Below are positions 10,501 to 18,962 of a stretch of 64,000 nucleotides of DNA, one piece after another. Within the stretch, counting starts at the first letter, position 1. Every line of letters begins with the position of its first letter. Position numbers and translations under genes: made by a program. The notes under the pieces were generated by a model. It had not been told where the DNA came from and did not search any database. It saw only the letters and a list, made by a program, of their open reading frames with translations. Location: positions 486 to 64,485 of the forward strand of contig CAADUO010000042.1 in assembly GCA_900752215.1 (NCBI GenBank), written 5' to 3'. This DNA is from an uncultured Collinsella sp. (GTDB lineage: Bacteria; Actinomycetota; Coriobacteriia; Coriobacteriales; Coriobacteriaceae).

Positions 10501-10872
10501 CTCGTCAAAGCGATGCGGAATAAACGGCGTGACATCGGCGCCAAACGTGCGCAGAGCCTCGGTCAACAGGCAAGTCGACGTAATACCGTCAACGTCAAAA
10601 TCGCCAAAGACTGCAATGTGCTCGTGGTTGCGAATAGCACGCTCGACGCGGTCGGCAACGACTGACATGCCCGGGATAATGAGTGGGTCGGCCCAGTCGC
10701 GATCGAGCGAAGGCGTCAAAAACAATTGGCCCTCTTTGATGGAGCCAATGCCGTGCGCGACCATAATGCGCGCCACCAGCCCGGGAATGCCCAGACCAGC
10801 CGAAAGCTCCTTTTCGAGCTCGGGGTTTTGCTGAGCGACCGCCCAGCGATGCGTCGTCTTAAGCGATGACAT
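7585..10872 (-). CDS. recJ: RecJ ssDNA exonuclease fused to a C-terminal RecQ-like DEAH helicase
   Basis: GDFDVDG, TVDNG, TDHH, PRLNAAGR, GGHAGAVG; then GTGRGKS, DEAHH, TATA, STSAFGEGVN, QMSGRAGRDG. One continuous ORF. Confidence 0.92.
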   Translation of the reverse strand: MSSLKTTHRWAVAQQNPELEKELSAGLGIPGLVARIMVAHGIGSIKEGQLFLTPSLDRDWADPLIIPGMSVVADRVERAIRNHEHIAVFGDFDVDGITSTCLLTEALRTFGADVTPFIPHRFDEGYGLSRAALDRVNELARPQLIVTVDNGIAAKEEVSYLESLGIDLVVTDHHEPSDQVPQGVPLTDPKLEDEGPSRELAGAGVALKLVQVLGERLGKPSYWRSLIEVAALGTVSDMMPLTPENRALVAEGIQQMRVTARPGYIALAALAKADLSSITADGLSFSLIPRLNAAGRMADPKLALDLLLAHNPIEASALAAELEEINRQRREIEAELTRDAMAKVEETYDGGRAIVVGGEGWHEGVKGIVASRLTNRYHVPALLFSIEDGIARGSGRSVGKVNLFDAVERCSDLLIRRGGHAGAVGVTIEASKLDEFRRRLSAVLSEIPAEDFEDIDEVAATVDLSELNIETIEQISRLEPFGQGNKVPLLAAEGVTMCDRAVVGKTGEHMRFVATDGAASVPAIMFRVPQIDKLINCDSAVDLVFEAVAEHWQGRVKPKLMIKDVLVRDTTASNIDDPACELRRGVQPADSGLRLESRKRETLAQLSYAELTRSLIHSFIGSNQPHRAQVEALDALVDHQSVLAVMGTGRGKSLIFHVHAAREAVLRGRASIFVYPLRALVADQAYHLSSTMAALGIGVGVLTGETVEVARDNVFAGLASGRTGIVLTTPEFLSIHRDRFARSGRIGFVVIDEAHHAGLAKGGDRSAYLDMPDILKALGDPVVMAATATATAPVVAELARMLPITRTVVDETVRENLRLEDDRDLASRENRLVSIVATGEKTVIYVNSRDQSVALAKTLRKRVPDCATHIAFYNAGLARSDRRRVEEAFRDGSLSCIVSTSAFGEGVNLPDIRHVVLYHMPFGAIEFNQMSGRAGRDGQPAVIHLLYSSRDARINERLLDCYAPERDELVTLYRALQTMWRSNRGKTGDDSFSASDIDIAQMCLAIDARTPVDERSVESGLGIFEELGFCRVSGFDDTRRIAMAENPGRVQLSRSIRYLEGLRSRMEFSAFRSWALDSCASDMLAKVNRPIVPRA

Positions 10873-10980
10873 AGGCGCCCACCCCCGATAGGGGCAGGTC
10901 GCCGCGATACCTCTCACGGTTCATAGCGATGAGTCCTCTGTGTATGCCCGCTTCGGCAGGCAGATCTGTTGAACGGATTT

Positions 10981-11002
10981 ATTATACCGTGCGGCACGGA
11001 CG
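10981..11002 (-). promoter_or_regulatory. Promoter with cGTCCG-N10-TATAAT motif (PafBC/RecA-NDp-like)
   Basis: Minus strand CGTCCG TGCCGCACGG TATAAT upstream of recJ; same architecture at 59438-59459 and 61557-61578. Confidence 0.6.
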
Positions 11003-11146
11003 CAGAACCTCGCAGCGCGCCGCGGTTTCGGTAAACGATGACGGTAATAGCCTCGAAATAATCGAGCGTTTCAGCCGCACAGACACATACGAGCGTCTAG
11101 CATATCCATACAAACGAGTTCGCGGATAAAGGGAGTCACGGGGCAT

Positions 11147-12145
11147 ATGAAGCAATGGGCTGGACTGGGAAAGTTCCTCGCGGGGCATATGCAGGTCATC
11201 GTTCCGATTTGCGTGGCGCTCGGCGTGCTCTTTCCCCATCAGATCGGCGTACTCAAGCCCATCGTTCCCGCCCTCTTCGCCTTTATGACGTTCCAAGGTG
11301 CGCTCAGCAACACCTTCCACCAGGTAGCTGAGGTGTTCCGCCGTCCGCTGCACCTGATTTTGGCGCTGCTCGTCTCGGCAGTGCTCATTCCCATAGCAGC
11401 CTATGCCATGGGATCGCTGTTCTTTGGCTCCAATCCCAACCTTGTCTGCGGCATCGTGCTCGAGTACAGCGTACCCGTGGCGGTCACTGCCTTTATGTGG
11501 ATTAGCATGTTCGGCGGCAACGGCCCGCTCGCGCTCACCATTATCCTGACGTCCTCGGTTATCTCGCCTGTGACGATTCCACTCACGCTGAAGCTCTTGC
11601 TGGGTGCCACCGTCTCGATCGATGTGCCGAGCATGATGCAGGACATGGCCTTTATGATCGCCATCCCCGCCGTGCTCGGCATCGTGATCAACGAGCTCAC
11701 GCGTGGATGGGGACACGAGAAGCTCTCCCCCGCGCTTTCGCCCGCCTGCAAGTTCATGATGATGGGCGTCATCACGTCCAACTCCACCGCCATGAGCGAG
11801 TACGTGCTGCACATGAACGCGGTGCGCCTGGAAGTCGCCCTCTTTATTTTAACCTTCGCCATCAGCGGCTTTGTCGTCGGTTTTCTGGCCGCCCGTGCGC
11901 TCCATCTGCCATATAGCGAGACGACTACCATGTGCTTTACCTGCGGCATGCGCAATATCTCTTCGGGCGCCGTCATCGCCACGCAATACTTTCCGGGCGA
12001 AGTTGTGTTTCCCGTCATGTGTGGAACGTTGTTTCAGCAGGTGCTCGCCTCGCTTATCGGGCACTTCTTTGAGCGTCTGACCGGCGAGGAGCGCGCCGCC
12101 CAGCGCAAGCGCGTCGAGGCCGGCCGCGATGCAATGGCACGCTAA
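11147..12145 (+). CDS. Bile acid:sodium symporter (SBF/BASS) family transporter
   Basis: About 10 hydrophobic segments; GGNGPLAL, SPVTIP, CGMRN motifs. Confidence 0.82.
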   Translation: MKQWAGLGKFLAGHMQVIVPICVALGVLFPHQIGVLKPIVPALFAFMTFQGALSNTFHQVAEVFRRPLHLILALLVSAVLIPIAAYAMGSLFFGSNPNLVCGIVLEYSVPVAVTAFMWISMFGGNGPLALTIILTSSVISPVTIPLTLKLLLGATVSIDVPSMMQDMAFMIAIPAVLGIVINELTRGWGHEKLSPALSPACKFMMMGVITSNSTAMSEYVLHMNAVRLEVALFILTFAISGFVVGFLAARALHLPYSETTTMCFTCGMRNISSGAVIATQYFPGEVVFPVMCGTLFQQVLASLIGHFFERLTGEERAAQRKRVEAGRDAMAR

Positions 12146-12172
12146 ACCGTCCGCAGTGTGCGGGCGCTCACT

Positions 12173-12973
12173 TTACGATGCGAGCGCCTCCAGATGTGCG
12201 CGGAGTCGCTCCGCATCGACATCGAGCGTGGTCTCAGCATTGACCTGGGCCAAACGATAGCCGACAAAGTAGGGCGAAACCACCCAACGCGGCAGCGCCT
12301 TGGCAATGGTCCGACCGCCCAGGTGATAGAAGAACAGGTTGTACGACTCTGCGCGACCACCGTGGTGCTCGTTCAGGATATAGCGCAGAGCTACCTGGAT
12401 CGCATCGGCGAAGAGATCCGCCTCGGCTTGGTCTCTTGTGTCATCGCTAGCGGCGATTCCTTGCGGGGCTGAAACGTTGATCTCAAAGAACCCCATGATG
12501 GGTTCGGTTGAGATGTTGACCGAGATCCTCCCCTGTTGCCAGACATTGATGCCTTCGAAATTGGCAGAAGTTAGCGAAGTGTAGCCGTCTTCCTGCTCCA
12601 AACCCACAATCTGCATGTGCGGATGAACGAGACTACCGCCCGAGAGCGGACCCTTGTTCTTGTACATGAGCACACTGCGATACTGCTGAGAATCGATCAT
12701 CTGCTGCCAGCAACCCAGGGCAAACCGCATCACATGGTGGAGTTCATCCGGCTCATAGGTCACCAGGTCGGCATCGTGATCGGCCGACTCGATCAGCACG
12801 GTTTGACGGGTGGCGCGCAGGGTCTTGAACTTATTCTCGAGCCAAATGCAATCGCCATCACGGCGAATGATGTCGGTGAGCCCTTCTGCATCGCAAAAGG
12901 GGCACGCGATGCCGGGACGACGGTTGTCGTCGGGCTTACCGTTCGCCTGCTGAACGTCAAATACCAGCGCCAC
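12173..12973 (-). CDS. GalT/HIT-like protein (DUF4931-like)
   Basis: CPFC, ENKF, KNKGPLSGGSLVHPHMQIVG. Confidence 0.8.
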   Translation of the reverse strand: MALVFDVQQANGKPDDNRRPGIACPFCDAEGLTDIIRRDGDCIWLENKFKTLRATRQTVLIESADHDADLVTYEPDELHHVMRFALGCWQQMIDSQQYRSVLMYKNKGPLSGGSLVHPHMQIVGLEQEDGYTSLTSANFEGINVWQQGRISVNISTEPIMGFFEINVSAPQGIAASDDTRDQAEADLFADAIQVALRYILNEHHGGRAESYNLFFYHLGGRTIAKALPRWVVSPYFVGYRLAQVNAETTLDVDAERLRAHLEALAS

Positions 12974-12976
12974 GGG

Positions 12977-13654
12977 TTATACCTCCAGCGGCACGATCTT
13001 GGTGCCATGGAGCTCGGAGACGCCCAGTGCCGCCGCCACGGTATCGCGGTTGGCCGTGGAAATGCCGCCGCCGGGAAGGATGGTCAGGCGGTCTCCCGCA
13101 CACTCGATAAGACGCGACAGATGCTCCAGGTTGTCCTCGATCGGCGTGCCGGCGGCACCGCCGTGCGTCAGGATGCGCGTAACGCCGCAATCGGCGAGTG
13201 TGTCGACGGCATCGAGTTGAGCCTCGGGCGAGAGCTGGTCAAACGCCATGTGGAAGGTGATGTCGATTGGCTCACGCTTGCATTCCTCGGTCGCGCAGCC
13301 CGCGGCCATCACGAGGGCGCCCAACGTAAGCTCGTCGAGCGCCCATCCGCCAGCGCAGGGCTTGCAGCAGCCAAAGACCAAGCCGTCAACGCCGGCGCTT
13401 ACGGCAAGGCCCAGGTCCATCTCCATCATGCGCAGCTCGTCTTGGTTGTAATGAAAGTCACCGCCACGCGGGCGAATCATGCACATCACTCGCGCGTCAT
13501 GCTCGTGAGCATAGCTGACTGTAGCGCTGATAACACCGGCCGAAGGCGTGGTGCCGCCAACGGCAAGGTTGTCGCACAGCTCGATACGCCTTGCACCGGC
13601 ATCGATAGCCGCCGGCACCCGCTCAAAGTTCTCGGCACAAAACTCATACAGCAT
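12977..13654 (-). CDS. cutC: Copper homeostasis protein CutC family
   Basis: GARRIELCDNLAVGGTTPS, MIRPRGGDF, TFHMAFD, RILTHG, PGGG; start MLYEFC at 13654. Confidence 0.92.
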   Translation of the reverse strand: MLYEFCAENFERVPAAIDAGARRIELCDNLAVGGTTPSAGVISATVSYAHEHDARVMCMIRPRGGDFHYNQDELRMMEMDLGLAVSAGVDGLVFGCCKPCAGGWALDELTLGALVMAAGCATEECKREPIDITFHMAFDQLSPEAQLDAVDTLADCGVTRILTHGGAAGTPIEDNLEHLSRLIECAGDRLTILPGGGISTANRDTVAAALGVSELHGTKIVPLEV

Positions 13655-13712
13655 AGATAGATCCCCAAAGACAGCAGATGTTTTCCGACGGGCATTGTCA
13701 CACATCCCCATG

Positions 13713-13781
13713 AAGTTGCGGTGGAATAGGGACTCTTTTGGCCTCTGGAGCCCGTATTCAGTCCCTATTTCACCGCAACTT
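13713..13781. repeat. 22-bp inverted repeat element
   Basis: AAGTTGCGGTGGAATAGGGACT (13713-13734) vs AGTCCCTATTTCACCGCAACTT (13760-13781), one mismatch. Confidence 0.75.
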
Positions 13782-13782
13782 A

Positions 13783-13819
13783 AAAAGGGGCGCTGACTGA
13801 GATAGTCAGCGCCCCTTTT
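13783..13819 (-). terminator. Rho-independent terminator of the liv operon (bidirectional shape)
   Basis: AAAAGGGGCGCTGACT-gagat-AGTCAGCGCCCCTTTT. Confidence 0.85.
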
Positions 13820-13829
13820 GTTAGGTGGG

Positions 13830-14543
13830 TTAGCCTCCGAGGTAGGCTTTGCGGACGTTGTCGTCGTGCAGGAGCTCTTGGCCGGTGCCGGTCATGGTGA
13901 TCTTGCCGGTCTCGAGCACGTAACCGCGTGTGGCGATGGAAAGCGCCATCTGCGCGTTTTGCTCGACCAGAAGCACCGTGGTGCCAGCCTTGTGCAGGTC
14001 CTCGACAATCTGGAAGATCTGTTCGATCAGAATCGGTGCCAGACCCATGGAAGGTTCGTCGAGCATAAGCAGTTTGGGGTTACTCATAAGGGCGCGCCCC
14101 ATAACGAGCATCTGCTGCTCGCCGCCTGAAAGGGTGCCGGCGACCTGGCGACGGCGTTCCTTCAGGCGCGGGAACTGCTCGTAAACACGTTCGAGGCCCG
14201 GAGCCACCGTGGACTTGGGCTGCGTATAGGCGCCCATTTCCAGGTTCTCCTCGACCGTCATCTGCAAAAAAGCGCGACGACCCTCGGGAACCTGAGCCAG
14301 ACCCTTACCAACCAACTTGTCGGCGGGCGTATGGGTAATGTCCTCGCCCATAAACTTGATAGAGCCGGTCTTAGAGCGCAGCAGGCCCGAGACGGTCTTG
14401 AGCGTCGTGGACTTGCCGGCACCGTTGGCGCCAATCAGAGCCACGATCTCGCCCTCGTTGACGTTAAAGGAGATGTCCTTGATGGCGTGGATGGCACCGT
14501 ACCAGACGTTGATGTTGTAGACGGAAAGCATCGGCTCTGCCAT
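13830..14543 (-). CDS. livF: Branched-chain amino acid ABC transporter ATPase
   Basis: GANGAGKST, VPEGRR, LSGGEQQM, LDEPSMGLAP, LLVEQN. Confidence 0.93.
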   Translation of the reverse strand: MAEPMLSVYNINVWYGAIHAIKDISFNVNEGEIVALIGANGAGKSTTLKTVSGLLRSKTGSIKFMGEDITHTPADKLVGKGLAQVPEGRRAFLQMTVEENLEMGAYTQPKSTVAPGLERVYEQFPRLKERRRQVAGTLSGGEQQMLVMGRALMSNPKLLMLDEPSMGLAPILIEQIFQIVEDLHKAGTTVLLVEQNAQMALSIATRGYVLETGKITMTGTGQELLHDDNVRKAYLGG

Positions 14544-15404
14544 TTAGTTCTCCCCCTTATCCTGCTTGCCCAGATACGCCTCGATAACGGCATCGTTGTT
14601 CTGAATTTCCTCGGCCGTACCCTTGGCGATAACCTTGCCAAAGTTAAGCACGCAGATACCCTCGCAGATGTTCATAACGAGCGACATATCATGCTCGATA
14701 AGCATGATGGCGATGCCAAAGGTGTCGCGGATCTTGACGATGTTCGCCATAAGCTCTGAGGTCTCGGACGGGTTCATGCCGGCGGCAGGCTCGTCGAGCA
14801 GCAGCAGCTTGGGGTTGGTGGCAAGCGCGCGGACGATTTCCAGACGACGCTGGGCGCCGTAAGGCAGCGATCCGGCCTGCTCATTTGCCAGGTGCTCCAT
14901 GTCAAAAATGGACAGCAGCTCCATGGCGCGCTCGTGGGCGGCCTTCTCGTGCTTCCAATACGTCGGCAGGCGCAGCACACCCTCAAAGCCGGAGTAGCGC
15001 TCCTGGTTGTGCAGGCCAACCTTTACGTTGTCCTCCACCGTCATGGTGTTGAACAGGCGAATGTTTTGGAACGTACGGGCAATACCCATGCGGTTGACCT
15101 GGTAGACCGACTTGCCCGAGGTGTCCTCACCGTCGAGCAGGATGGTGCCGTGCGTAGGCTGGTACACCTTGGTAAGCAGGTTGAAGACCGTGGTCTTACC
15201 GGCACCGTTGGGGCCGATCAGACCGGCGATCTCAGTCTTGCCGATGGTCAGGCTAAAGTCGTCGACTGCCTTAAGGCCACCGAACTCAATGCCCAGGTGG
15301 ATGCACTCGAGTGCCGGGCGCTCGCCCAGGTCGCGGTCGGGAACGATGGCGCCAGAAGGATACGGGACCATCTTGCCCTTGTTGAAATCAAATTTACTGG
15401 GCAT
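14544..15404 (-). CDS. livG: Branched-chain amino acid ABC transporter ATPase
   Basis: FGGLKAV, GPNGAGKTT, ARTFQNIRLF, LPYGAQRRLEI, DEPAAG, IEHDM. Confidence 0.93.
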   Translation of the reverse strand: MPSKFDFNKGKMVPYPSGAIVPDRDLGERPALECIHLGIEFGGLKAVDDFSLTIGKTEIAGLIGPNGAGKTTVFNLLTKVYQPTHGTILLDGEDTSGKSVYQVNRMGIARTFQNIRLFNTMTVEDNVKVGLHNQERYSGFEGVLRLPTYWKHEKAAHERAMELLSIFDMEHLANEQAGSLPYGAQRRLEIVRALATNPKLLLLDEPAAGMNPSETSELMANIVKIRDTFGIAIMLIEHDMSLVMNICEGICVLNFGKVIAKGTAEEIQNNDAVIEAYLGKQDKGEN

Positions 15405-16482
15405 CGGCTGCCACCTCCTTCTTGGAAGCAAAGCGGTCCTTGACGCGACCGAAGAACGCCTTGAGCTGCGGGTTGTTGGTAAAGATCATGACCAGGATCA
15501 GCACGATGGCGTAGATGAGCATGCGGTAGTCCGAGAACTGACGGAGCAGCTCGGGAAGCACCGTGAGCAACGCCGCCGCGATAACGGAGCCGCGCATATT
15601 GCCCAGACCGCCCAGGACCACGAACACCAGAATGAGGATGGACGTGTTGAAGTCGAACTTGGTGGCGGAGAGCTGCGAGAAGTTACCGCCGAAGAGAGCT
15701 CCGGCAGCACCGGCGAGGGCAGCGGAAACCACGAAGGCGATCATGCGGTACTCGGTGACGGAGATGCCTACGGACTCGGCTGCAATCTTGTTATCGCGCA
15801 CGGCCATAATGGCACGGCCGGTACGGCTGCGAACCAGGTTGAGCACAATCACGAGTGCGACCATGACCAGGATGGCACCGGCGAGGAAGGTCGAGTACGT
15901 CGACACGCCCGAGGCGCCCTGGGCGCCCTTGATGATGGCGGTGCCGTCCTCGAGCAGGTGCAGGTCGTCGATCGTAGAGTTGCCCGTGATGTTAAAGATC
16001 ACGTGCAGGCCGCGCGAGTCGACACCCACGATAAGGCAAGTGACGATCTCTTTGATGATCTCGCCAAAGGCCAGCGTCACGATAGCCAGGTAATCGCCGC
16101 TCAGGCGCAGGACCGGGATACCGATCAAGAAGCCCAGGATGGCGGCAGCGATGGCACCGACCACGATGCTGATGATCAGGCGCGCCGGATCGGAGGGAAC
16201 GGCGCTCTCGAGGGCGACCGCGGTGACGATACCCGTGTAGGCACCGACACTCATAAAGCCCGCATGGCCCAGCGACAGGTCGCCCGCGATGCCGACGACG
16301 AGGTTGAGGGAAATGGCCATGACGATGTAGGCCGTAATGGGGACCAACTGACCGGCAATCATGCGCGGGATCATGTGGTTCGACTGCATAAAGAACACGA
16401 TGGCGAAGGCCACGATGCACATGGCGTACGTAACAAAGTCGTGACGCGTCTGTTTATCTTTAAGAAACTTCATAACGCTCAC
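15394..16482 (-). CDS. livM: Branched-chain amino acid ABC transporter permease
   Basis: SLNLVVGIAGDLSLGHAGF, LRLSGDYLAIVTLAFGEI, VVLGGLG. Confidence 0.92.
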   Translation of the reverse strand: MSVMKFLKDKQTRHDFVTYAMCIVAFAIVFFMQSNHMIPRMIAGQLVPITAYIVMAISLNLVVGIAGDLSLGHAGFMSVGAYTGIVTAVALESAVPSDPARLIISIVVGAIAAAILGFLIGIPVLRLSGDYLAIVTLAFGEIIKEIVTCLIVGVDSRGLHVIFNITGNSTIDDLHLLEDGTAIIKGAQGASGVSTYSTFLAGAILVMVALVIVLNLVRSRTGRAIMAVRDNKIAAESVGISVTEYRMIAFVVSAALAGAAGALFGGNFSQLSATKFDFNTSILILVFVVLGGLGNMRGSVIAAALLTVLPELLRQFSDYRMLIYAIVLILVMIFTNNPQLKAFFGRVKDRFASKKEVAADAQ

Positions 16483-17364
16483 CTACACCTTCTCGGGGAC
16501 GTACTTGCCCAAGAGGCCGGCAGGCTTGACGAGCAGGACGATGATCAGAACACCAAAGACGATGGAATTGGCAAGGCTCGTGGAAATGTAAGCCTGCGCC
16601 ATCGCTTCGATGATGCCGATGAGAATGCCGCCGACAAAGGCACCGGGAATGGAGCCGATGCCGCCGAAGACAGCGGCGTCGAAGGCCTTGATGCCAGGCA
16701 TGGCACCCGTCGTGGGCTGCAGTACCGGCGAGTAGGAGCACAGCAGCACGCCGGCGATGGCGGCAAGGGCAGAGCCGATGGCAAACGTCATCGAAATGGT
16801 GCGGTTGACGTTGATGCCCATGAGCTGAGCGGCAGCCTTGTCCTCGGACACGGCGCGCATGGCCTTGCCCATCTTGGTCTTACCTGTAAAGAACATCAGG
16901 CCGGCCATGATAACCAGGCAGGCGACGATGGTGACGAGCGAGACGGCGCTTACGTTGAACTTGGCCAAGAACTCCGGCACCTGGAAGGTGACGAGCGAAG
17001 TGAAGTTCTTGGGCGTGGCGCCCCACAGAAGCTGCGCGGCGTTCTGCAGGAAGTAGGACACGCCGATAGCCGTGATCAGAACGGCCAGCGGGCCTGCTTG
17101 GCGCAGCGGCTTATAGGCCAGGCCCTCAATGAGAACACCGAGAACCGTGCAGGCCACGCAAGAGAGAACTACAGATGCCCAGCCCGGGAGGCCGAGATAC
17201 GACGTGGCGCAGAACGAGACATAGGCACCGACCATGATGACATCGCCGTGAGCGAAGTTGAGCATCTTGGCGATACCGTAGACCATGGTGTAGCCCAACG
17301 CGATGATGGCGTAGACGCTGCCCATGGACAGGCCGTTGACCAGGTATTGGATAAAGACCGTCAT
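16483..17364 (-). CDS. livH: Branched-chain amino acid ABC transporter permease
   Basis: NGLSMGSVYAIIALGYTMVYG..NFAHG, GKAMRAVS, GGIGSIPGA. Confidence 0.93.
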   Translation of the reverse strand: MTVFIQYLVNGLSMGSVYAIIALGYTMVYGIAKMLNFAHGDVIMVGAYVSFCATSYLGLPGWASVVLSCVACTVLGVLIEGLAYKPLRQAGPLAVLITAIGVSYFLQNAAQLLWGATPKNFTSLVTFQVPEFLAKFNVSAVSLVTIVACLVIMAGLMFFTGKTKMGKAMRAVSEDKAAAQLMGINVNRTISMTFAIGSALAAIAGVLLCSYSPVLQPTTGAMPGIKAFDAAVFGGIGSIPGAFVGGILIGIIEAMAQAYISTSLANSIVFGVLIIVLLVKPAGLLGKYVPEKV

Positions 17365-17503
17365 GTTCCACATCCCCCTTTCGAATAGGTTTCCAGTTAA
17401 TGTATGAAACAGGGACGTTACACTGTCCCTAGATACCAAGCAAGCAGGGAAGGCCAAAACCTCCCCTGCTTGGGATCAAAACCGCTCTATGTAAGGCGGC
17501 CAA

Positions 17504-18691
17504 TTAGGCCTGTACGTACTTGCCGTCGGTGATGACGTACGCCGTGGGCTCCTTCTGGACCTGGCCCTTATCGTTCCAGGTGAGCTTGCCGGTCAGACCG
17601 TCAACGGTAATCTTGAGCATAGCCTTGGACAGCTTCTCGGCGACCTCGGTCGGATCGGCGTCGACACCAAGACCGGCCTCCTTGACGGCCTCGGCCACCG
17701 CGTGCACGCCGTCGTAGGCGTCGGCGGCAAACTGGTCGGGGGTATCGCCGTACTTATCCTTGTAAGCGTTAACGAAGTCGGCGTTCTTCTCGTCGTCGGC
17801 GGAGAACGGGGTCATGAGCAGCAGACCCTCGGCAAGAGAGGTATCGAAGCCCTCAACGCCCAGGATGCCGTCCATGCCGTCGCAGCCCATCATCTTGACG
17901 TCGTAGCCCATGTCCTTGGCGTTCTTGAGCAGGACGGACGCCGGCGTGTAGTAGATCGGCGCAAAGATCATGGTGGCGCCGGCCTGCTTGGCCTTGGTCA
18001 GCTGGTTGGTAAAGCTCGTGGCGGAGTCGTCCTTAAAGGTCTCCTCGTCAACAATCTCGAGCTTGGACTCAGCGGCCTGGGCCTTAAAGGAATCTGCGAT
18101 GCCCGAAGAATAGGCGTCGCCGGAGTTATAGAACAGCACGAACTTCTCGTCCGCATACTTCTGCGCCAGGAACTTGGCAGCGTTGACACCCTGGTTGGGG
18201 TCGGTGAAGCAAACCTGGAAGACGCAATCCTTGCCGTCGGTGACGTCCTCGGAGGACGCGGACGGGGTGATCATGAACGTCTTGGGGTCGTTACCACACT
18301 CTGCGGCAACGGCAACCGACGCACCCGTGGTGGTCGGGCCGACGAGGGCCTGCATGCCCCAGTCGAGCAGGGTGTTGAAGGCGTTGACGGCCTTCTCGCC
18401 GTCGGCCTGGTCATCCTCGGCCTTGCTGGCAAGCGGCAGCTCCTTGGTCGAGAAATCCTTGCAGCCAAGCTCGACACCCTGGGTAACGGACTTGCCGTAG
18501 GACGCGTTGGCGCCGGTCAGCGGGCCGATGGTACCGATCTTAAACGAAGCGTCGCTCGAAGCGGAACCGCTGTCGCCGCCGTTGGAGGAGCAGCCAGCTA
18601 GAATGGACATCGCCCCCAGACCTGCTGCGCTCGCGATAACGCTCCTGCGATTCATAACAGGGTTCAATGACTTACCGGTGAGGCTCGACAT
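17504..18691 (-). CDS. LivJ/K-type ABC substrate-binding lipoprotein, copy 1
   Basis: NRRSVI signal and LAGC lipobox; KIGTIGPLTG..A.YG, FQVCFTD, QFAADAYD. Confidence 0.9.
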   Translation of the reverse strand: MSSLTGKSLNPVMNRRSVIASAAGLGAMSILAGCSSNGGDSGSASSDASFKIGTIGPLTGANASYGKSVTQGVELGCKDFSTKELPLASKAEDDQADGEKAVNAFNTLLDWGMQALVGPTTTGASVAVAAECGNDPKTFMITPSASSEDVTDGKDCVFQVCFTDPNQGVNAAKFLAQKYADEKFVLFYNSGDAYSSGIADSFKAQAAESKLEIVDEETFKDDSATSFTNQLTKAKQAGATMIFAPIYYTPASVLLKNAKDMGYDVKMMGCDGMDGILGVEGFDTSLAEGLLLMTPFSADDEKNADFVNAYKDKYGDTPDQFAADAYDGVHAVAEAVKEAGLGVDADPTEVAEKLSKAMLKITVDGLTGKLTWNDKGQVQKEPTAYVITDGKYVQA

Positions 18692-18962
18692 GCGGCTCTC
18701 CTCTCAAATCTCGTCGGGTTTCGGTTACCCGACAGGCCATCCTTCGCCGTGTTCGGCGTTCGCAAAATACTAGACGCTTTAGTTAAGGAAAGTGACGATT
18801 ATTTCAACTTTTCTTTGGATTTGTTCATTTATCCATAATTCTGCGTATTTCTATTACTTTATGCAGTAATGCCACTTTATTGTGTGAAAGTAATGTTTCC
18901 GTTCTGTTACAGGCGTCCCTGCCCTGAATATAACGGCCTCACCGGTCGCGCTTTATGCGCAC

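Noticed and set aside
11147..12145. Bile-acid uptake gene functionally linked to the BaiA-like SDR
   Set aside because: It is 10 kb away and unlinked; BASS family members often carry other substrates such as ketopantoate
15112..17388. 758-aa plus-strand ORF and other long antisense ORFs (e.g. 7720-9543, 20374-21738, 26102-27868, 48486-50138, 50316-51842)
   Set aside because: Shadow ORFs opposite well-supported genes, expected from high-GC codon bias; no recognisable motifs
18692..18960. T-box or amino-acid riboswitch upstream of the liv genes
   Set aside because: Small hairpins are present, but there is no T-box consensus (AAnnnGGGTGGTACCGCG-like) or terminator/antiterminator pair
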